NCBI GenBank assembly: GCA_951406725.2
Contig: OX597816.1
Span: 5,084,001 to 5,148,000 of the forward strand
Direction of reading: 5' to 3'
DNA length: 64,000 nt
Origin: Octopus vulgaris
Lineage: Eukaryota
The position numbers were made by a program, and so were the translations under genes. The notes below the pieces were generated by a model. It saw only the letters and a program-made list of their open reading frames with translations. It did no database searches and had not been told where the DNA came from. Shown here in pieces: positions 1-13,357 of this stretch (the first letter of the stretch is position 1; every line of letters begins with the position of its first letter).

Positions 1-762
1 TATCACATAAACCACACACAACCATGGTTATGGCTTCTACCATATTGTTTAATCTTTATCCATCCGACGGATTCATTGTGTCCTACATTCTCTACCTCCC
101 GATTCTTCGCTTTTCTAGCTCCAGTCTGGCAAGTCCATCGGTTGTCACATCGTTCCGGAACGTCTATCCCTTTTTGATCTTCAATGGTTGATATTTCCTG
201 CTGCGGCTTGCAAACGCATACCCTTCAAATGGTAGCAGGCTTTTGCAGTAATGATAAACTGCTCATGATCGATATTACTATTGTCTTCTTCATATTCTGC
301 CATTCCATGCATAGTCTTCTGCTCATTTCATCCTTTCATCTAAGGATATGTTGCAGTGAATTGCGACTTCTTGGGCTTGTATTCCAGGTTATCAGACAAA
401 GAGTGTTGCTCAAGGTGTAGCTGCCTTATCATCTTGTTGTTGGTCTTCGATCTCCATATTTGGACGAAGGCGTTGGAATACGGACGTTGCTTTATCTATC
501 CTGGTCTTGACTTCAAATTCTGTTTCACTCTCGATGGAAATATAACGCTAATAATCAGTTGTAACAATGGCTCGGATCTCATGTATGTAGGTATGTATGT
601 ATGTATGTATGTGTGTGTGTGTATGTATGTATGTATGTATGTATGTATGTATGTATGTATGTATGTATGTATGTATGTATGTATGTATGTGTATACATAC
701 ATACTGCATGTATACATACTTAGAGATGACATATATATAAACATAAATAGATACACACGTGT
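1..762 (-). repeat. Deletion-riddled duplicate of ~1715-2638 (LINE fragment plus TATG microsatellite)
   Basis: Blocks identical to 1720-2225 alternate with shortened, garbled blocks; 566-762 is near-identical to 2446-2638. Confidence 0.8.
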
Positions 763-765
763 AAA

Positions 766-873
<108 letters not shown>

Positions 874-1034
874 GTGTAAAGGAATAGATTTGAAATCCGG
901 GCAGGTACGTTATTAGCAGCACTGTAATATTATAATCCATATCTGGCTAACCACATAAAATGATGGGGAACATACAGGATTGTTTACCTGGTGGTGCTTC
1001 AATCAATAGGTAAATATCGAGTTTACTTCGTTGG

Positions 1035-1071
<37 letters not shown>

Positions 1072-1087
1072 GCGTGTGTGTGTGTGT

Positions 1088-2460
1088 CATTATTCAGTTT
1101 ATTTCAAGGTTTCTTGGGCATAGAGAAAGAACCGGTTTCTAACCTAGATCAAGGTTCCTTCATTGGAATTTCAACATCATAAACAGGATATTTTTGTATG
1201 TTTTTTTGTATGTATGTATGTATGTATGTATGTATGTATGTATGTATGTTTGTATGTATGTGCAGGTTTGTATGTTTTGCTTTATGTATGTATTCTCATG
1301 CATATAGCTACATATCTAGACATGCTCATATATATATTTAAATGATAAACTTACGGAAAGTTTTTACAGATCTTTACAGTTCCAGTGATGGATTGGATCT
1401 GTAGTCTTCGAATCAGCTTTCTCCTTTCTTGTTTCGAGAAGCCTAATTTCTCAAGGTTGGTATTTAGGCAGTGTGTTACATATCCCAGGGCACCAATAAT
1501 TACTGGTATAAACCTGAACTTGTAATCTGGATAGAGTAACTGCAGATCTCTCAATAGTTCAGCATAGGTGTTCTCGTTTTCGCTGATCTTCACCTTTATG
1601 TTAACATCCACTGGGCAGCTAATTTCCACAACCGTGCTCAGTTTCTCTTCTCCATCCCAAATCATTATATCAGGTCTGTTGTGCTTATATTTTATTGAGG
1701 TCTTCACTGGGACATTCAACCAGTGGTTATGGCTTCTACCATATTGTGGATTCTTAATTCTTTGTGCTCGGGATTATCCATCCGACGGATTTCATTATAG
1801 AGTGTCCTAGCTACAACATAATGTCTCATCGATAGATAATATCGCGATGACATTTTCGGACAGCTGCTTATGATGTGGGTAATATCTTCAGTGTGAACTC
1901 CGCAAAGTCGGCATCGGTTGTCACATTTTACAGGTTTTCCCTTATCTCTATCCCTTTTGTGTATCAAGTATCTGGTTGATATTTCCTGCTGCGGGATTGC
2001 AAACGCATACCCTTCAAAATGAGAGGTAGTAATCCGGCTTTTGGTCCATGATAAACTGCTTTCATGATCGATATTACTATTGTCAGGGAGCCTTCTGCTA
2101 ACATATCCATGCATAGTCTTCTGCTCATATAGGCTCATCCTTTCATCTAAGGATATGTTGCAGTGAAGTAGTGCGACTTCTTTGGGCTTGTATTCCAGGT
2201 TATCAGACAAAGAGTGTTGCTCAAGGATCTGCCTTCCAAGTCTTAAGATGTTATCAGCCTCAAGGGATGCACTTCGGTATTTGGTGGTTAAAAGATGTTG
2301 CCGAAGGGATATGATGCGACATTGAAAGGCAATTTGGATTAATGCTAAGCCTCAGCTGCCTTGTTTTCGTTTTAAGTAGAGACGGTCTACATCACTGTTT
2401 ATGAGGAAATTGTGTGCTTGTTAGTATTTTTCGGGTTTTCACATCAATGGCTCGGATCTC
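1088..2460 (-). mobile_element. 5'-truncated R4/Dong-type (RLE) non-LTR retrotransposon, frameshifted
   Basis: Motifs in order: EIRAIDVKTRKILT..DVDRLYLKRKQG (end of RT/thumb), CCHC knuckle CRLCGVHTEDITHIISSC plus RH, and restriction-like endonuclease NRPDI..VEISCP.D..IPVIIGALG; followed by a probable 3' UTR containing a TACA repeat. Confidence 0.92.
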
Positions 2461-2739
2461 ATGTATGTAGGTATGTATGTATGTATGTATGTGTGTGTGT
2501 GTATGTATGTATGTATGTATGTATGTATGTATGTATGTATGTATGTATGTATGTATGTATGTATGTGTATACATACATACTGCATGTATACATACTTAGA
2601 GATGACATATATATAAACATAAATAGATACACACGTGTATACACACACTTTGTACATTTGTGTGTATACAGCGATAGATAGATAGATAAATAGATAGACA
2701 TATAGATAGATAGATAGTTAGACAGACAGATAGATAGAC

Positions 2740-2809
<70 letters not shown>

Positions 2810-2812
2810 ACA
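2461..2812. repeat. Compound (TATG)n/(GATA)n microsatellite at the LINE 5' truncation point
   Basis: Direct reading. Confidence 0.95.
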
Positions 2813-3521
2813 GACAGTAAATAAATCATGTTTGTACGCATGTATGTATTTACTATCTATTACAATCTACTATTTATCATTACTATCTATCTCTCGCTGT
2901 ATATCGATAGAATATTGGGGAGCGGCCTGGCAGAGACGCGAAAGAGCAATATAATGCCACAATAAATACCATTTCTGCTGCTTTGAACTTAGTTTTATTA
3001 TTCTATTTACTTTATTTCATGACAGTATTAAATTTTTTTGTTTCATTTTATTTCCTCGCCAAATTTTTTATGCAGCTCATGTTTTGCTGCCGTCCTTACG
3101 CCAGTCAGTCGTGGTGTGTCTAATGATGTATCGTTGCTCACCTACCAATGATTTACATCAAGTTTGGATAGGATTTAGAAAGATTTATTTATGAAAGGAT
3201 CCGTAAATAAATACATTTGAAAGACATTCATCGGATAAGAAAGGTTACATTATTCAACTCATGTTACAATATTGTTCCATTGTTTCCAACAGACGGGGTG
3301 GGGGAAAAAAGGAGAAGTGACAGAGATTCAACAATTGAAGAATTCAGGTTCAGAGTTTATTGAATTTTTGAAGGAATTGTATACGTGGTAAATATTTTTC
3401 TCTTTTTTTTTAAAATTCTTCACAAAAAAAACTTTCTTAATCAAAGATGTTCCGATCAATTTAATATTGTTCTCTTTTTCCTCTGTTATTTTTCCTATTC
3501 TTATACTCAATTGCTTATGTA

Positions 3522-3792
3522 CTTCTTCTTCTTCTGCTTCTTCTTCTTTTCTTCTTCTTCTTCTTCTTCTTCTTTCTTCTTCTTCTTCTTCTTCTTCTTC
3601 TTCTTCTTCTTCTTCTTCCTTCTTCTCTTCTTCTTCTTCTTCTCCTTCTTCTTCTTCTTCTTCTTCTTCTTCTTCTTCTTCTTCTTCTTCTTCTTCTTCT
3701 TCTTCCTTCTTCTTCTTCTTCTTCTTCTTCTTCTTCTTCTTCTTCTTCTTCTTCTTCTTCTTCTTCTTCTTCTTCTTCTTCTTCTTCTTCTT
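3522..3792. repeat. (CTT)n microsatellite
   Basis: ~270 bp trinucleotide array; source of the poly-F/S/L/E/R/K ORFs. Confidence 0.98.
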
Positions 3793-4357
3793 TCTCTCTC
3801 ATACTTCAAAACCTTGATCTTCATTATTTAACCCTATCTGCAATTTCTTTTCCTATTCAACATCTGTTCCTTTCTTTTTATTTTTTTATCTATTTCCTTT
3901 TTTTCCCCCTTTTTTCCCTTCCTCATCTTCCTCCTTCGCCTCTTACATCTTCCCCCCACCCCCCACTAAATCTTATTCTCTGTATTCCTTTGTTTAACCC
4001 ATCTTTTTTCGTATCCTCGCTAATTCCACATCTACCAAATTTCTTTTTTTCGGCTGCTGTTTCTCCTTCAAATGTTTTATGACCAAAGTCAGTAGTATTA
4101 TTATATTAACAACTACTACAACCACCACCACAACAACAACACCATCTACACAGCAAAAACATCTACAGCAGTAATATCAGAAAGCTCGGTTCCTTAATTA
4201 ACAGACAATCATTATTTGGAAACTATACGTGATGTTCTGTATCGTTTTTATTCCTATCTGATGTATTTCAGATATTTTTAATTAAGAATGCGGCAATAAA
4301 TTTGCAGAACTTATTGGAATCGGTTTTATTTGTGAAAATTACCATATTACTTGCTAA

Positions 4358-4703
4358 GACAGCGAGATGGCAGAATCGTTAGCACGCCGGGCGAAATGCT
4401 TAGCAGTATTTCGTCTGCTGCTACTCTCTGAGTTCAAATTCTGCCGAGGTCGACTTTGCCTTTCATCCTTTCGAGGTCGATAAATTAAGTACCAGTTGTA
4501 TACTGGGGTCGATGTGATCGACTTATCCCTTCCCCCCAAAATGTCAGGCCTTGTGCCTACAGTAGAAAAGGTTAGCACGCCTTCGTCCGCCTTTACGTTT
4601 TGAGTTCAAATTCCCCCAATAAGTACCAGTTAGACATTGGGATCAATGTAAGCGACTTACAAACTCCGCCGAAATTGCTTTGCCTTGTGCCAATATTTGA
4701 AAT
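4358..4703 (+). mobile_element. SINE-A (tRNA-derived) copy plus adjacent partial copy
   Basis: A box TGGCAGAATCG, B box GAGTTCAAATT, conserved core GCCTTTCATCCTTTCGRGGTCGATAAATTAAGTACCAG shared with many copies in the window. Confidence 0.88.
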
Positions 4704-5344
4704 CAGTCAGACAATCAGAAAATCGTTTACGGGAGAAAGGACTTGAAAGAAATTTATTGCTTAAACTTTGTTTTAGATTAGATAAAAATGAGAATAGTTG
4801 AAAGTAAAACCACCTGAGTTTTAAATCCAAATGCATCTTGTCTCTGTTCTCGCTAAAACTAGTATTTGGAATTTCAAAGAATTCATTGCTTCCTTTTGTG
4901 CGCCATTGAGTTAGAAGTGATGTAATAGTGTTGAGAACAAAGACAGATTCATGACGACGGACATTAAGTATTCTTAATCATCAACCCGTTGACAAGATCA
5001 TTCTTCTTGGAAGGTTCCTACGTTACAATCGGCAAAGATTCTAATGGCAAATACATCAATAATCAAAAAGTCAACAACTTTACAAAGACATCAATGGGTT
5101 ATTGCATTTCTTTTACAGCTCCATATAAACCATTTCTAATTATAGATGTTCCCTTATATCAATACAGAGTTTTCTCAAAGGGTTTTCAGGGTTTCACCTC
5201 CTAGACACCTTCGAGTACGACGAAAATGTTGTAAACCACCTTGACTTGGTTTGCTTAAACTTTTAACTGTATAACAGGGACAGGAAGTGACTCAGATCTC
5301 AAATCATAAGCAGAACTTCAATCGTATAATTATTATTTATAATG

Positions 5345-5770
5345 AATGATGCAGAAACGCTTGTGTCCCACGGTCCATTGACATTATTCTAGCTCAAATA
5401 TCTGTTTTTTTCACACATGCTGTCTATAAGAAAAAATTCTCTGGAGATAGTTTCTGCAGCGCTTGTCTCACCATGACTGGATAAACCTCTGCTAAGTGTG
5501 CCTCTGATTAATTTCAGTTAAACTAAACTTCGTGTACTACAGCAAATATACCTTTTATTGTTCTTATATAAGGACAACCTGTTCTTAGAGGCTCTGAAGA
5601 ATGATTCAGTATCCATTATTAACGATGTGCTTGCTATAAGGTAGAAACGCATGCGTACTACTGTACTGACATTATTCTAGCCATGTGGACTGCTTTTCAC
5701 ACATATTGTCTATAAGGGGAATTTTTCTCTTGAGACAATTTCTGCAGTGTATGTCTTTCCACGTCCGAGT
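5345..5770. repeat. Diverged tandem duplication, period ~290 bp
   Basis: agaaacgc..tgacattattctagc..tttcacacat..tgtctataag..tttctgcag occurs at 5351-5480 and 5641-5770. Confidence 0.75.
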
Positions 5771-5859
5771 GCACACGAACATCTTCAATATGACAGTAAA
5801 CGCTTACATTGCATTCAGCACGGCATAGTTTCATGTATCACAATTAGGAAGATAATATT

Positions 5860-6198
5860 ACTCTCTACTCTTTTACCTGTTTCAGTCATTTGACTGGAGC
5901 ACCGCCTTCAGTCGAGCGAATCGAACCCAGTACTTATTCTTTGTAAGCCTAGTACTTATTCTATCGGTCTCTTTTGCCGAACCGCTAGGTTACGGGGACG
6001 TAATCACACCAGCATTGGTTATCAAGTGATGTTGGGGGGACAAACACAGACACACAAACATACACACACACACACACACACATACACACACACATATATA
6101 TATAGGCTAGTAGAAGGCACTTGCCCAAGGTGCCACGCAGTGGGACTGAACCCGGAAGCATGTGGTTGGTAAGCAAGCTACTTACACAGCTACGCCTA
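5860..6198 (-). mobile_element. SINE-B (tRNA head, CORE-like GTGGCACCTTGGGCAAGT segment), internally deleted
   Basis: Colinear with the copy at 41476-41896. Confidence 0.88.
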
Positions 6199-7369
6199 TA
6201 TTGACTAATATAATTCCATTGCTATATATACAAATTCTCAATTATGTTTCTCCTCGCAGACTTATCTCTTTGGATAAAATTACTGAGAAGGAGAACATAC
6301 GATCTATGCATCGTTCTATTGAAGGCAGCGGGTGCCTTCATACAGAATACATTGGGAGAGATCTATCAATACACAAAAAAAAACTGCTGCTTCGTAGAAT
6401 ATTGAATCGGTTCATATGCTATCAATATCTTATAAGCCTTTAGAAGATAAAAATATATATCGTATATTAGAGATGTGAAAATTGTGAAACTATGTATCAA
6501 GTGAATGTATATTTTTTCTCTTATTTTACAACTTAAAATAGAAGTTGGAAGACAAGTTTCTCCATGATCTATAATAATTTTATGTTTCATAGTTTCGTCT
6601 GATCACGGTTTCCTCACACCTCACAGATGAAAGAATGCGGTGGCCATTTGCGTTATCAGACAGCCAGAACATAACCATATAACGCTGTTTATTTTTAAAA
6701 TTATAAAATTATCCTTTGTAAAAACAATGTGGTGTTGTTTTTATGTTGTTTACAATCTGAATATTTTTAGTCTTCTAGAATTTTCACAATAACACACTCT
6801 CTTACTCAGGCATTGATATACAAACATAGATACAAACATACATGTGTGTGTGCGCGCTCATATCTATATATTCATAAACATATATATACTGATAGATATA
6901 GGTATAAATAAATAAATAGATATACATATATTTATATATATAAATGTGAGGCGGGCAGGGGCTGAGAATTTCATATAGCGATTCTTCAGGCTGAATAAAT
7001 ATTTAGTGAGCTTCAAACTATTTTGAGAAGATATGAAGACCTTCTTGAATTATACGTTAGGCGATGGGTTCTCGGTATGATGAGAATGTCGGATGTGACG
7101 TGGTTTTGGGTGTAGCTGTTTGCTCGGTCGTAATATTATAAGGTGTGTAGTGTTGAGGTTAGAATATGAAATGATCAGGATGAGTGAATGTGTAAGGAAA
7201 CAAAAGGGGGCAAGTCAAGTCAGGAGATTAACACCGGTTAAGGAGCCGTTGGAGTTCTTTTTGGTGATGTTACACCAGGATGTTAAACGGTCGACCTTAA
7301 TCGATTCAGCTGATTATCAGGGAAGTGAGAGGACGATTGAAAAACAATAGAAGGGAATAAATATATTTT

Positions 7370-7500
7370 ATTTGTTTCAGTCATTAGACTGCAGTCGTAA
7401 ATCGATCCCAATATTTATAATTTATGAAAACCTGGTACTCATTCTATCGGTGTTCTTTGTAGAACTGTTAAATTACGGGGATCTGAACACAAACAGAAAC
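7370..7500 (-). mobile_element. SINE-B 3' fragment, followed by (TATC)n
   Basis: tgtttcagtcatt..gtactcattctatcggt matches the reverse complement of the SINE-B tail. Confidence 0.7.
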
Positions 7501-7527
7501 ACTCGCACACACATCTATCTATCTATC

Positions 7528-7579
<52 letters not shown>

Positions 7580-7632
7580 GATCTATCTATCTATCGATCT
7601 ATCTATCTCTCTATATATACTTTTTTCTGTTA

Positions 7633-7796
7633 CAGGAGTGGCTGTGTGTTAAGGAGCTTGCTTATCAACCACATGGTTCCGGGTTCAGTCTCATTGTGTG
7701 ACACCTTGTGCAAGTGTCTTCTACTATATCCTCGAGCTTACCAAAACCTTGTAGTGGATTTGGTAGACGGAGACTGAAAGAAATTCGTCGTGTATA

Positions 7797-7829
<33 letters not shown>

Positions 7830-8030
7830 TTGTGTCTCTGTGTTTGTCCTCCCACCATCCCTCGACAACCGATGCTAGTGTATTTCTGTCATCATAAGGT
7901 AGCGGTTCGGAATAAGAGACCGATAGAATAAGTACTAGGCTTACAAAGAATAAGTCCTGGGGTCGATTTTTTCGACTAAAAGTGGTGCTCCAGCATGGCC
8001 GCAGTCAAACGACTGAAACATGTAAAAGAG
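7633..8030 (+). mobile_element. SINE-B, near full length
   Basis: caggagtggctgtgtg head through gtgctccagcatggccgcagtc..gactgaaac tail. Confidence 0.9.
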
Positions 8031-8056
8031 TGCAACAAACCCGTCATATATATATT

Positions 8057-8112
<56 letters not shown>

Positions 8113-8254
8113 AAAGTAAATAAATGGTACAACGAAGCACCGATATCTACTGGAAAATAGCGAACGTAATAAATACGACGCTAATGTATAGCTTCACTGC
8201 GTATGTACTAGTAAAGATGCGTGTGTGCAACAAACATGAAAAAAATTGTCTTAC

Positions 8255-8269
8255 CTCCAGGAAGAACAT
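8255..8269 (-). CDS. Candidate 15-nt microexon (phase 1-1, would add D-V-L-P-G)
   Basis: Minus strand reads gtttttcattttcag|ATGTTCTTCCTGGAG|gtaaga; frame-compatible with the phase-1 end of exon 15018-14292; no transcript evidence. Confidence 0.3.
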
Positions 8270-8298
8270 CTGAAAATGAAAAACCTAGATAACGGATA

Positions 8299-8371
8299 AT
8301 GCAGTACCGGTTTCGGATTTTTCAAAATACGCTTGCCAAACGTATACTTGATTTATCCTCATCAGCTGCAT
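8299..8371 (-). ncRNA. Type I hammerhead ribozyme motif (minimal palindromic stem III)
   Basis: AUGCAG-CUGAUGA-GGAU(extended hairpin)AUCC-GAAA-CCGG-UA^CUGCAU: 6-bp stem I, intact core, GUA cleavage triplet. Confidence 0.85.
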
Positions 8372-8519
8372 AAACCTCAACAATATTTCAAAAGTTGCCA
8401 CATCTATGCCAGTACACTCGTCTGAACGCCACAACGTTAACAGAACGAGAACAGTGAAGAAGTTTCAATGAAAATAGCAATGCAATAATGTATGTATTTA
8501 TGTATGTATATATACATAT

Positions 8520-8660
8520 GACGGGTTTCTTTCAGTTTCCGATCACCAAATTCACTCACAAAGCTTTGAACACCTTGAGACAACAGTAGAGACTTGGTAA
8601 AGGTACCACACAGTGGAACTGAACCCGAAACCATGTGGTTGGGAGGCAAGTTTGTTACCT
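8520..8660 (-). mobile_element. SINE-B 5' fragment
   Basis: tttcttcagtttcc..ctgaacccgaaaccatgtggttgg. Confidence 0.75.
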
Positions 8661-9100
8661 CCCATTTACATCTATGACTATGTGGGGAAATCTTAAAATA
8701 ACTGAGAATAGTTACACCAGATGTTGGTGGGTTGACGGTGGTGAGGGTTATGCGCCGATATGTGAATATTTGTGTTTCAGGACAGGAGAGTGTATGTGTG
8801 TGTATATCAAGGCTTCTATCTTTATATGTAAGCATGGATGTGTATCAAGGAATACCTGTAATTATACAGTGTAAAGGCTGTAAGACGTGACCTGAACAGC
8901 TGGAACAGAGAATATGAAGCCGTGGCAGATGCAGTGATGTTGCCCTAGTTGCCCGGGCAACACGCTTTCTGGCCGAGCCAATACAAAAAAAAAATCGGGA
9001 CCAAGGCTTAAGAAGGGTTAAATTTTGAAAATACAAGCTTGAATTTCAATGATGGTTTTGTTGTTTTCATTAACTTAGATTCTAAAGTGACCATAATAAA

Positions 9101-9222
9101 CTTCTATATTTAAGAGATGAGGAATTATGTACGTTATTTACATTTGACGATATTTGCCCTCATCTTGTTTGTTGTTAACACAACGTTTCGGCTGATATAT
9201 ACTCCAGCCTTCATCAGGTATC
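9101..9222 (-). ncRNA. Penelope-LTR-like repeat carrying a minimal hammerhead (9177-9222)
   Basis: GAUAC-CUGAUGA-A-GGCUG..CAGCC-GAAA-CG-UU^GUGUU; homologous to 59148-59255. Confidence 0.78.
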
Positions 9223-9764
9223 AGATGGAAACTGATGGCAGCTACTCGGCGTAAACTGCTATCTCCCAGCCATAATCTAGTTGAAATTTGTTTTCTATTC
9301 CCTAAAATACTTTTATCTTTGGATGGATATACTCTGCTTAATTTTCCTTTTATACCAACAGTCAAATTTAGCCCGAACACCCTGCAACAAAGACGCACCA
9401 CGTTCACTCCCACTTCAACGCCTCAAATCCAGTCAACCTCTACCTTCTTCTATTACAACACTTCTCTCTGTACTTTTCAGAGAAGATCCCAAATTTCGTA
9501 TAAATATACACTAAAATTTTCAAAATATTTATTTAGTCTGACGAATCGCAACATTACACTACCAGTCACAATTCCTATAGACCTTTCCATTTCCGGAAAT
9601 ATATAAATATATACATTATACACCAGACTAAACAAATATACTCCAATCTATATTTATTAGGAAAGCGATCTCTAAACGTAATATTTAATAGTACATTAAT
9701 CCATAAGGAGCTAGCGTTTGTTTGGGATTGAGGAGCCGAAGCATGATGGACTGAATGATGGATA

Positions 9765-9821
<57 letters not shown>

Positions 9822-9894
9822 CACACACATATACTTTATACTAAGTTTATAACATGCATATACAGAGACATCAGTAGACAGATATATATATATT

Positions 9895-10273
9895 GTGGCA
9901 CTCCGTCGTTTACGACGACGAGGATTCCAGTTGATCCGATCAACGGAACAGCCGGCTCATGAAATTAACGTGCAAGTGGCTGAGCACTCCACAGACACGT
10001 GTACCCTTAACGTAGTTCTTGGGGAGATTCAGCGTGACACAGAGTGTGAGAAAGGCGGCCCTTTTGAAATACAGGTACAACAGAAACTGGAAGAAAGTGT
10101 GAAAAAAAGTTGTGGTGAAAGAGTACAGCAGGGTTCGCCACCACCCCTGCTGGAGCCTCGTGGAGCTTTGGGATTTTCGCTCAATAAACACTCACAACAC
10201 CCTGTCTGGGAATCGAAAGCGCGATCCTACGATCATGACTCCACTTCCCTAACCACTGGGCCATTGCGACTCC
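9895..10273 (-). mobile_element. SINE-C (tRNA-derived)
   Basis: Colinear with 42841-43227 and 61068-61453. Confidence 0.9.
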
Positions 10274-11396
10274 AGACGTAGATATAGATATACATACATA
10301 TACACATATCTGGTATATACTCAAGTATGCAATATATATTTATTAGCTATGAATATATCAAAAAAGCTATGAATATATGCAAACACGCACGCACGCACAC
10401 ATACATATGCATCTATATATATATGTATACCTATATATCTATATATGCATTATATACTTGTTACAGCATGTTTGTAAAATAGGTTCTCTATTCTAATCTC
10501 TCATGATTATTACTTAAATCCATTTAAATACATTTTTAAAATATATCTGTTTGAAATAAAATCACTGATATCAGAGCGGAAGATAAAACATTTACAGAAA
10601 AATCTCTGCTCTGAAGCGCATGGTTGTTATGTTGCTTCCATTTGAACGCAACACTTCAAAGAGCAGACGTTGTATCCTATGATCAAAAGAAATATGTTTT
10701 ATCTAATGTTTTTTATAAAATTATGTGGATATAATCTTATATTTTAGTTATGCAATATATACTGGTCAAAATTTATTTCTAACACTTTATCTGAACGTAA
10801 AAATCTCTGTTAACAGATCGGCAGCTTTGGTTAGACTAAGCTTCGCTGATGGAATCTAACAGAACGAAATCTCACTATAGCTTTACAGATCCCATTTTCT
10901 TTCTTCAAAACATGTAAATTTGAAGTGTGAATTTCTTGTAATTTTCTCCCTTTTTCTTTGTGCGTTGCTAACAATTACCGCTGGGTATTTGTTGTCTTTC
11001 TCGAACTAAGAACTAAATTTCAAATCATAAAATATTTGCATACGATATGCAGCTCATGACAACCTATCGCATTCATTCAAACTCATACTGTTGGTCGATT
11101 TGAGTTATTACCCCTTAGTTCATTTTAAATGAGAACCTAAAAAAGAATTGTGGGAGACTCTTCTTCAAACTAGCATGTTCCTATGTCATCATTGATTAAA
11201 CAAACGAATGACCTATCTAGCCTTGACCACCTCATCGTCTTTTATAAAGAACGTGAATCTAAGATAATCTTATCCAATGTGTCCTTCTTTTGGGCACAAT
11301 AGATTGTGATTTGAGGGAGAGGAGTTCGACTGCTATTTCTGACAAATTAAGCAACTTAATCCACTGGTCCGTCTGTGTGTGTGAGGAAGAGAAAGG

Positions 11397-11460
<64 letters not shown>

Positions 11461-11894
11461 GAGAGTAATATGATTCTTCTATAGTATCACACAATCGATT
11501 GAATTGTTTTTTTTGTTTTTGATTTTGTTTTCTTTTTGTTGTTCTTTGTTCTGTTTCAACTCGCCGCTTCCTCTATCCATAAGGACGAAACTGCATCAGG
11601 CAAAAATGTAAATACGATATGTAATAATTCAGTTCTTTCTTCTCCGACATCAAAAACATGCAACGCCAACCAAATTTATCTTGAATTCCTCGATTCTATT
11701 TCTTCCTAAAAATATCCAAGCAAGCAAAAGCACACTGGGTGTGTGTGTTTGTGGGGGGTTATACAGAACTGCAATGACAGAACCATTATTTCAAGCAACG
11801 AAACTTAATAACATCTCATTTAGATTCGTCTATGAATAACCACACCTAAAATATTTGATCAACAACTTCTGAACTGCAAAAACAGTATCAATAA

Positions 11895-11984
<90 letters not shown>

Positions 11985-12102
11985 TAGATACATACATACA
12001 TACATACATGTATATATAAGCATGTAAGTATATGCATGAGAATACATACATAAAACAAAACATACAAATCTGCACATATACATACATATATACATACATA
12101 CA

Positions 12103-12133
<31 letters not shown>

Positions 12134-12605
12134 TAGAAAATTTTATGCTATTAGGATTCGTGTTGTTACTGAAATTAACACACAAACACATAAGTTTATA
12201 TCAATGTATTCACATAAATACATCCATATATACTATTTCTCAGATGAACATTGAACGCTCACATTCATCTGCTTACAGTCATTTTATTACTTTTTCTCAT
12301 GGAACACAACTTTATATATTTGAATCCGAAACCTGATCCTCAAACTAGACTCATTAATGGAAATATTAAACTTGCAGCGCAAACTTCAATTATTACAGGA
12401 AAACAACTTGAAGTCATCACATATGACACGCACGCTCACACACACGCATGCACACACATACACATACACACACAAATGTATATGTTTTGTATTCTGTTGT
12501 CCAGCTTGTGTACATCAGGCCTTAGGCATGTACCAATTTTCTTCTGGTGGTTAGTCACTCTATTCAACGGAACAATACTCAACATCCATGTTTGAACTTA
12601 CCGCT

Positions 12606-12679
<74 letters not shown>

Positions 12680-12812
12680 CACACACACATACACACACAT
12701 GTAGGCTTTTGGTGTACATGTGTTCGGTGCATACCGATTCATGTAACTATCTGCAGCATAATTCTGCAAAGTGAACAATAACTATTTAGCAGTGGGTTGA
12801 GATATTCAAAGG

Positions 12813-13137
12813 GTGAAGGCACCTTGTTTAGTGGTTACGGTATTCAGCTCCCGATCGTAAGGTCGTAAGTTCAATCCCCGGCGGTGCGTTGTGCCTTTGA
12901 GCAAGACACTTTATTCCAAGTTGCTCCAGTCCACTCAGCTGGCAAAAGTGGGTCCTACCTGTATTTCAAATGGGTCAGCCTTGTCCCATTCTGCGTCAAG
13001 CTGAAACTCCCTGAGAACTACTTTAAGGGTACGCGGGTCCGTGGAGTGCTCAGCCACTTGCACGTTAATGTTACGATCAGGCTGTTCCTTTGATTGGACC
13101 AAGTGGAACCGTTGCCCTGCTAACAGACGAAGTACCT
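12813..13137 (+). mobile_element. Older SINE-C-related element
   Basis: tRNA-like head (tagtggtta..gttcaatccc) and shared block ctacNttaagggtacRcg..gtggagtgctcagccacttgcacgttaat. Confidence 0.8.
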
Positions 13138-13357
13138 CTCGTTTACAATATTCAAATTTGCGAATTAAAAAGTTTGAGCAATTTAGGTATTTTTCATGTC
13201 ATAATTGAAGCGATTTTGAGAACACCATTTAAAGTATAAAGAATCCCTTATGAAAGAAGTGCCTGAACACTACGTCCCTCCTAGAAATAGTGACCAGAGA
13301 CGATGGATGAGTGGCTGGATAGAGTTGTTCGATGATTGCCAGTGGTCTTGGCATACC

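Noticed and set aside
6772-6786. Isolated three-unit HSEs (also 61472-61486)
   Set aside because: Single three-unit matches are plausible by chance in 64 kb of AT-rich DNA; no supporting context
6945-7350. Possible hammerhead (CUGAAGA..GAAA, minus strand) and Penelope ORF relic
   Set aside because: Stem I does not close and the protein resemblance is too weak
9235-9606. Possible Penelope RT remnant next to the hammerhead
   Set aside because: Only a vague LSP..NL and KF resemblance; no YVDD motif; needs a profile search
11560-11850. Minus-strand terminal exon candidates (GRNRIEEFKINLVGVACF* or GVVIHRRI*)
   Set aside because: Poor polypyrimidine tracts; cannot be distinguished from chance
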